Part shown: one piece after another, positions 58,798 through 64,000 of the stretch
How the letters are laid out: each line of letters begins with the position of its first letter
Numbering within the stretch: the stretch's first letter is position 1
Source: an uncultured Candidatus Saccharibacteria bacterium
Lineage (GTDB): Bacteria; Patescibacteriota; Minisyncoccia; Sungbacterales; JACQCQ01
Direction of reading: 5' to 3'
DNA: 64,000 bases
Assembly: GCA_964494945.1 (NCBI GenBank)
Contig: CAZBTX010000003.1
Span: 47,897-111,896, forward strand
Made by a program: the position numbers and the translations under genes
The notes under the pieces: model-generated
Told to the model about the DNA's origin: nothing
Seen by the model: only the letters and a program-made list of their open reading frames with translations
The model's database searches: none

Positions 58798-59472
58798 ATG
58801 TCTTTGGACCCACACGACTCTCTCAAAACAAAAGAAAACTCGGAAGGCCAGTCCCGGTTCGGGAAAGGGAACGGGATGGCCGACGAGGTTCTTTTGGCGT
58901 CATCGGAGGATGACCCGCAACTTTTTGAAATATTGGTGCGCCGTTACCAAGAGCCGTTCTTAAGAGCGGCGGGGAGAGTGGTGCACCGCCGTGAGGATGC
59001 TGAGGATATAGTTCAAGAAGCATTTCTGAAGATCTATAGAAACGCCGGTAAATTCGTAAAGCAGGAAGGGATTGAATTTAAAAGCTGGGCGTATCGCGTA
59101 GTTCTGAACACATCTTTTACGCACTATCAGCGCCTGAAAAAACGCGGAATCTGCGAAGAAGACGACGGCGAAGAATCTTTGATAAATGTTATTTCCGAAA
59201 ATGACGACATAAAACGAACATTGGATGTCAAAATGCTGATTGAACGGGTGCTGGTTGATATGCCCGAGGACCTGGCGCGGGTGTTAAGGAGGCACTATCT
59301 GGAAGATAAGGCCTATGAGACCATTGCCGGAGAGGATAAAACAACTATTGCTTCAATAAAAATGCGGCTTTATAGAGCCAGAAAACAATTCAAGAAACTT
59401 GCCGATACCAGCCGCGGTTCTATAAAGAAGAAAGCCGACGTTAAAGTATCAAACGAGACCCAACCATTATGA
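58798..59472 (+). CDS. ECF RNA polymerase sigma factor
   Basis: DAEDIVQEAFLK, FKSWAYR, region 4 YETIA...IKMRLYRARK; start may be 58876. Confidence 0.9.
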   Translation: MSLDPHDSLKTKENSEGQSRFGKGNGMADEVLLASSEDDPQLFEILVRRYQEPFLRAAGRVVHRREDAEDIVQEAFLKIYRNAGKFVKQEGIEFKSWAYRVVLNTSFTHYQRLKKRGICEEDDGEESLINVISENDDIKRTLDVKMLIERVLVDMPEDLARVLRRHYLEDKAYETIAGEDKTTIASIKMRLYRARKQFKKLADTSRGSIKKKADVKVSNETQPL

Positions 59473-59849
59473 CCCAACTCATCAATTATTCGGAAGCATT
59501 AACCAGACGCATCATGCGCCGGGTTTATTTTACGTGGTTTGTGAAGCGCGTGGCTCCGACCATGGCTTTGCAGACGGCGTCACTGGCTCTTCTGCTTATC
59601 GGAGTTCATGAGTTTATTTCGGTGAAATTCGTTTTAGCCAATGCCGTGGATTCCATCTCTAGCGTGCCGTCGTTGGTCAGTTTCACCACGAGTGCCGTGG
59701 GTAATGCAGGATTCATCCCGCAATTATTGCTCGGCGCTTCAACGTTTCTCGGGCTCTTGATAGTTCGCGATGTTCTTAAAGTATTCCGTAGCCGCACGTT
59801 TGTTCTTCAAGGAAAGATAACACCGATGGCAGAAAGAATTTATCGTTAG
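59469..59849 (+). CDS. membrane protein, putative anti-sigma factor
   Basis: Overlaps the sigma stop; TRRIMRRV followed by two TM. Confidence 0.6.
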   Translation: MTQLINYSEALTRRIMRRVYFTWFVKRVAPTMALQTASLALLLIGVHEFISVKFVLANAVDSISSVPSLVSFTTSAVGNAGFIPQLLLGASTFLGLLIVRDVLKVFRSRTFVLQGKITPMAERIYR

Positions 59850-59915
59850 GCCTTCTATTTTGGAGGTCTGCCCATGCGCCTTGCCGGCGTGTTGGTAGAA
59901 AAAGGTCGTTTGTGT

Positions 59916-59957
59916 AATAAACAATCCCCGCCCTTTAAAGGGCGGGGATTGTTTATT
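59916..59957. terminator. 42-bp perfect palindrome
   Basis: aataaacaatccccgcccttt|aaagggcggggattgtttatt. Confidence 0.65.
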
Positions 59958-59998
59958 GAAAAAAGCGGTTTTTAGTGCTAGATTTGGTTTTGTTTTAC

Positions 59999-60095
59999 CC
60001 CCACACCAGAAAGCTCCACCCCTCAGGGCGGAGATGAATGGAGTTATGAAATAGGTCATTAGAAATGCCGTGTCCCTTAGGGCGTGGTGTGGGGG
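59999..60095. mobile_element. CCCCACACCA...TGGTGTGGGGG element with TTTAC duplication
   Basis: TTTAC at 59994-59998 and 60096-60100; internal ctccaccc-ctca-gggcggag hairpin. Confidence 0.75.
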
Positions 60096-60286
60096 TTTAC
60101 TGGGAGGGTTGGCTCGAGTGGGTCAAAAGCCAAGGTCTTGGCTTTTGACGGGAAATTAGCGCAGATTTATCGGAGCGTATAATTTCCCGGGGTTTCGCTG
60201 GCGAGACGCGAGAGCTTCCGCAATAGCGGAGCTCCCGTCTTAGGGAAGCGAAACAAGGCGCCGCACTCGCCCCGCACTAAAAATTT

Positions 60287-60628
60287 GGAAGCGTGCCAGA
60301 GTGGGCAAAATCTGAATGTTTTCAGGTTTTGCCGGAAAATAGTGTAAATTTATTGAAACGTAATTTTCCGTGGGTTTCGCCGGGGGGCGAAACAATGGGC
60401 GAGAGGTCTCGTCCCGCACTAAGCGGAGGGTTGGCTCGAGTGGACTAAGGCGCCGCACTCGAAATGCGGTTGGGGAGAAATCCCCTCAGAGGTTCGAATC
60501 CTCTACCCTCCGCTTAGTGCGGGATTGCGATTTGTTCCTGAAAATTTGCCCCGTAAATTTGTCAGACAAATCGGGAAAAAACCGTTATACCGGAAACGGT
60601 ATCGGAGGTTCGAATCCTCCCGCTTCCG
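60287..60628 (+). tRNA. middle tRNA-Ser(CGA) body with D-loop insert (60305-60393) and anticodon insert (about 60412-60577); partly degenerate
   Basis: GGAAGCG/CGCTTCC, ATACCG-GAAA-CGGTAT, GGAGG-TTCGAAT-CCTCC; anticodon stem imperfect. Confidence 0.55.
60425..60512 (+). tRNA. tRNA-Ser(CGA), intact innermost copy
   Basis: Complete cloverleaf with long variable arm, loop CTCGAAA, discriminator G. Confidence 0.94.
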
Positions 60629-60848
60629 TAGTCAAATTTTAGTGCGGGGTAAAAAATGCGGTTGGGGAGCAATCCTCTCGCAGGTTCGAATCCTGCACCC
60701 TCCGCAAGTCAGGATTTTGCAAATGGACAAAGGAAGCCTCGCGGCGCGAGACGCGCCGCTCGGCTAGGATTTGAAAGGGCTTTTTGTGCGAAAACGAAAA
60801 GGATTTATCGATGAAGGGCGAAAGAAATTTTTTCATATTAAAATAATC

Positions 60849-61550
60849 ATGAATAAAAAAATAATCATATCAATTATCTTCTTGGTCTTACTAAGCTCAG
60901 TTAGTTTTGTATCGGCAATTTCTTCTGGTTATAATCTTGAAATTGCAAACATTAATATTCAGAAGGGTTGGAATTTGGTTCCTTTAATTTATGATTATCA
61001 TATAATTGCTGAAGATTCAGACATAAAGCTTCAAGATATTAAGGTAGCCTACATGTACCCTCCGATTGAAAATAAATATGTTAAATATATTGAAAAGGGT
61101 AGAGTTCTTCGAGGAAATACCGGTCATTTTTGGATAAGCGAAGAAGAGATAAGAAAGATCATTGCTTCAAAACAATATTTAATTGACTCAGAAGCAGACG
61201 CAAGGAATTTAACGTTCGGTATGTCTTCTTGGGTTTATATCAATAAAACAGGGAATATAAAGATTAATATTGGTCATGATAGCGATGGGGATAAAATCCT
61301 TATAAGCGGATGGAGCTTTTTAATCATAACTCCCGAGATGATTGGAAAAAACTTGAGCCAAATTAAAGGGGGCTGCGATATTATAAAATCTTATGCATGG
61401 TGGGCCGAAAAGCAAACTTGGGACTTAATTGATTTAAATGACGCTCCATTTGACAACAACCTTATGGGTATGGGTATAATTGTAAAAGTTTCAAATGATT
61501 GTGTATTGAGTAGCGCCAGCCCCACCATTCCTCCACCACTGCCAAATTAA
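60849..61550 (+). CDS. hypothetical secreted protein
   Basis: Signal peptide ending VSA; GWNLVP; C-terminal IPPPLPN; AT-rich. Confidence 0.7.
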   Translation: MNKKIIISIIFLVLLSSVSFVSAISSGYNLEIANINIQKGWNLVPLIYDYHIIAEDSDIKLQDIKVAYMYPPIENKYVKYIEKGRVLRGNTGHFWISEEEIRKIIASKQYLIDSEADARNLTFGMSSWVYINKTGNIKINIGHDSDGDKILISGWSFLIITPEMIGKNLSQIKGGCDIIKSYAWWAEKQTWDLIDLNDAPFDNNLMGMGIIVKVSNDCVLSSASPTIPPPLPN

Positions 61551-61561
61551 AAGTTGAGAAT

Positions 61562-61708
61562 ATGAAAAAACTAATTTTAATTATCCTAATTATAGGAGTT
61601 GTAATAGGATTGGGGCTATATTTGTGGCGTTTTGGCTTGTCTATCCCAGGGACAGATACTTTTTCAACTGAAGGGACCATTCCTCAACCGCCGGCATTAC
61701 CAGAATAA
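61562..61708 (+). CDS. small membrane peptide (48 aa)
   Basis: MKKLILIILIIGVVIGLGLYLW...IPQPPALPE. Confidence 0.55.
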   Translation: MKKLILIILIIGVVIGLGLYLWRFGLSIPGTDTFSTEGTIPQPPALPE

Positions 61709-61718
61709 CTTTAAATTT

Positions 61719-62447
61719 ATGAAGAAACTCTTCCTTTTCACATTATTTTTATTACTTGTAGCCAGCACTGTGTATGCGGCTAGTTCTGCTTTTTACTTTG
61801 TTTCTGCCAAGGAAAATGTAGCAGTAATATTTTTTAGCTATGATCAATGGAACCTTGTTCCATTTACTTCGACGGCCTGGTCTAAAATTATCACTAAGGA
61901 TAGTTTATCCGCTGAACTTAAAGAGCGTTTTAATGCGGCCGAGGTAGATATAAAGGAATCCGATATCACCGCCGCATTTGTCTTTGATTCTAAAGATCGA
62001 AAATATGTTCAAGTTGCTGGACGCGGAACGGATCAAAGTAAATTGCAGACAATTGATTACGACGATGTATCGCGTTATCCAGCCGTGTGGATCTATGTTA
62101 AAGCGGGAAGCGATAAACAATATGCTAAAAATATGTGGTTGAAGATTAACCCCGAACGAATGCCGAAAATAACGGACTTTACAATGAAACGCGGGTGGAA
62201 TTTCGTCTGGTTAACTCCTGACATCACTATGATATCTATGGCGTCGCTGAATGAATACAAAGGAACTTGCTCGATTGACAAAGTAGCGATATGGGAAGGC
62301 AAATGGAATGTTCATAATTACACTGCCGAGGTCGCACAAGATTTAAAAAATGGAACTCCTGGACCAATTTTTCTACTGAAAGTCATGAGCGATTGCCAAT
62401 TGCGGTATGAACCAGTGGTGCCTCAAGCCCCCTCTCTTCCTGAATAA
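61719..62447 (+). CDS. hypothetical secreted protein, paralog of 60849
   Basis: WNLVP, GWNF, KGTC.I.K, KVMSDC.L; C-terminal VPQAPSLPE. Confidence 0.7.
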   Translation: MKKLFLFTLFLLLVASTVYAASSAFYFVSAKENVAVIFFSYDQWNLVPFTSTAWSKIITKDSLSAELKERFNAAEVDIKESDITAAFVFDSKDRKYVQVAGRGTDQSKLQTIDYDDVSRYPAVWIYVKAGSDKQYAKNMWLKINPERMPKITDFTMKRGWNFVWLTPDITMISMASLNEYKGTCSIDKVAIWEGKWNVHNYTAEVAQDLKNGTPGPIFLLKVMSDCQLRYEPVVPQAPSLPE

Positions 62448-62597
62448 ATTATCTCTCGCCAAAGAAAAACTTGAAATTGTTAATGTTCGCGGTGGAGCTG
62501 CGCGGATTTCTCGCCCTCCCGACCCGAGCCCGCCGCAGGCGGGCGAGGATAGAATTCCGTTCGAGCTATATTCAAGATACACCGCTAGGAAAATTTT

Positions 62598-63062
62598 ATG
62601 ACAACTGATCCCATTATTATTGCTATAGCTGTTTTAGGGGCGCTAGCCATAGCAATGTCTTATTTTCTGTATGACACAAGAAAAAAGTTTCAGTGGCTTT
62701 TCAAAAGTGATTTGCCGGAAAACTACGGCCCTGCGCTGGCTCAAGCTCTGGAACGCATTGACTTGGCAGAAAAAGAAATTAAAGTATTGTCGTCAAGAGC
62801 CGATATATTGGAAAGTATTGCTCGTATCAGTTTCCAAAAAATAGGTTTCATGCGGTTTAATCCGTTTGAAAATACGGGCGGGGACCAGAGTTTTGCTTTG
62901 TGCCTTTTGGACAAAGACAATAACGGCGTTATAATCTCGTCGCTTTACGGTCGCGAAGGCACCAGGGTTTACGCCAAAGCCGTAGACCACGGAATACCGA
63001 AGCATCCTATAAGCAATGAAGAAAAAGAAGTGCTGGAAAGAGCGACACGTAAGAATTTCTAA
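62598..63062 (+). CDS. DUF4446-family protein
   Basis: QKIGFMRFNPF..TGGDQSF...GVIISSLYGRE..RVYAK. Confidence 0.85.
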   Translation: MTTDPIIIAIAVLGALAIAMSYFLYDTRKKFQWLFKSDLPENYGPALAQALERIDLAEKEIKVLSSRADILESIARISFQKIGFMRFNPFENTGGDQSFALCLLDKDNNGVIISSLYGREGTRVYAKAVDHGIPKHPISNEEKEVLERATRKNF

Positions 63063-63174
63063 TTTCCAATATCTAATTTCTAATCCAAATCCTAATACCC
63101 AATACCCAATACCCAATACATTTCTACATCTTAGAGCATTTCATTAGAAATTAGGAATTAGTAATTGGGCATTG
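63055..63174. repeat. heptamer-periodic inverted repeat (AATACCC/AATTTCT)
   Basis: taatacccaatacccaatacccaatac ... attagaaattaggaattagtaattgggcattg. Confidence 0.7.
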
Positions 63175-63186
63175 TGAAGAGACAAT

Positions 63187-64000
63187 ATGGCAAAGGCAAT
63201 TGCAGAAAAAACAAAGTTAGGGATGATGACGCGACCACCTGTCGTGGTGGTATTAGGTCACGTGGACCACGGGAAAACCACTTTGCTTGATTATATCCGG
63301 AAAACCCGTGTCGCCGAAAAAGAAACCGGCGGCATTACTCAACATATCGGCGCTTATACCGTTGATATACCGCGAAAAATAACTTTTATTGATACGCCGG
63401 GCCACGAGGCCTTTGCCGCCATGCGCTCGCGGGGTGTTAAGGTGGCTGATGTCGGAATACTGGTTGTCGCGGCTGATGAAGGAGTAAAACCGCAGACCAA
63501 AGAGGCAATTGATATTTTAAAATCAGCTAAACTGCCTTTCGCGGTTGCTATAAATAAAACCGACCGCGCGGGTAAAGACATAGAGCGCGTAAAAAAAGAG
63601 CTTTCGGAGAACGGCGTTCAGGTGGAATCATGGGGGGGCAATGTGCCCGCGGTAGAGGTCTCCGCCAAAACTGGAGATAAAGTTGATGAATTACTGGAAA
63701 CCATCGTGCTCTTGGCGGATTTGGAAAATTTGGCTGGTGATACCGAAGCTCCAGCGGAAGGCGTAGTGATTGAATCCCATCGCGACCCCAAACGTGGGGC
63801 CACCGCCACCATATTGATCAGGAACGGCAAACTTTCGCGGGGTAATTGCGTGGTCATAGATGGACACGCGAGCTCAGTGAAAATCCTTGAGGATTTTAAG
63901 GGCGGGACAATTGAAACCGCAGAACCCTCCGACCCCGTTAGAATTGCCGGACTTTCTGAAGTGCCAGCGGTTGGGTCTATGGTAAAAACATGCGAGACGA
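63187..64000 (+). CDS. infB: translation initiation factor IF-2 (partial; lacks the long N-terminal domain)
   Basis: RPPVVVVLGHVDHGKTTLLD, GGITQHIGA, DTPGHEAF, AINKTD. Confidence 0.96.
   Translation, partial: MAKAIAEKTKLGMMTRPPVVVVLGHVDHGKTTLLDYIRKTRVAEKETGGITQHIGAYTVDIPRKITFIDTPGHEAFAAMRSRGVKVADVGILVVAADEGVKPQTKEAIDILKSAKLPFAVAINKTDRAGKDIERVKKELSENGVQVESWGGNVPAVEVSAKTGDKVDELLETIVLLADLENLAGDTEAPAEGVVIESHRDPKRGATATILIRNGKLSRGNCVVIDGHASSVKILEDFKGGTIETAEPSDPVRIAGLSEVPAVGSMVKTCET

Larger units (their letters stand above)
60103..60704 (+). tRNA. outer tRNA-Ser(CGA) body with D-loop insert (60122-60254) and anticodon insert (about 60270-60653)
   Basis: GGAGGGT/ACCCTCC, CCGCA/TGCGG, variable arm GGGGA-GCAA-TCCTC and T arm GCAGG-TTCGAAT-CCTGC all pair once inserts are removed; functionality unknown. 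Confidence 0.65.

Noticed and set aside
60009-60084. IS200/IS605 element
   Set aside because: The internal hairpin loosely resembles IS605-type ends, but there is no tnpA or tnpB; kept only as cargo of the IR element.
60103-60704. Group I or group II intron in tRNA-Ser
   Set aside because: The inserts are explained by IRs, whole tRNA bodies and short hairpins; I could not recognise a group I core or group II domain V by eye. An Infernal search would settle this.
60370-60767. ORFs 60370-60642 and 60525-60767
   Set aside because: They are read-throughs of tRNA sequence with no protein features.

Overview
A 64-kb chromosomal window, most likely from a Patescibacteria (CPR, Parcubacteria-like) bacterium. 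This is inferred from the type IV pilus operon, the N-terminally short IF2, the K+-independent H+-PPase, and the many ORFans and short repeat families. Core genes are hppA, nusA, pilB/C/M/N/O with four prepilin-like genes, hisS, nth, htrA, a MacAB-like ABC exporter, an ECF sigma factor and infB. Accessory blocks are two toxin-antitoxin pairs, a YcaO-SagB cluster next to a Cys/Ser/Gly-rich exported protein, TPR proteins and lnt, and an AT-rich surface-glycan block. The most unusual signal is non-coding: 'Russian-doll' tRNA genes. At 60103-60704, three tRNA-Ser(CGA) bodies are nested, each inner one sitting in the anticodon loop of the next between CCCGCACTAA...TTAGTGCGGG inverted repeats. The two outer bodies also carry homologous three-hairpin D-loop inserts. 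At 11816-11990, an intact tRNA-Arg(TCT) sits in the D-loop of a degenerate tRNA-Arg(TCT) between CCCCCACACCAA...TTGGTGTGGGGG repeats. The same inverted repeat brackets a GIY-YIG nuclease gene and two small hairpin cargos. Related CCC...GGG elements insert at start codons and a prepilin leader and regenerate them. Together this suggests a family of short inverted-repeat elements that restore the function of their target. All calls were made by eye; no database searches were run.
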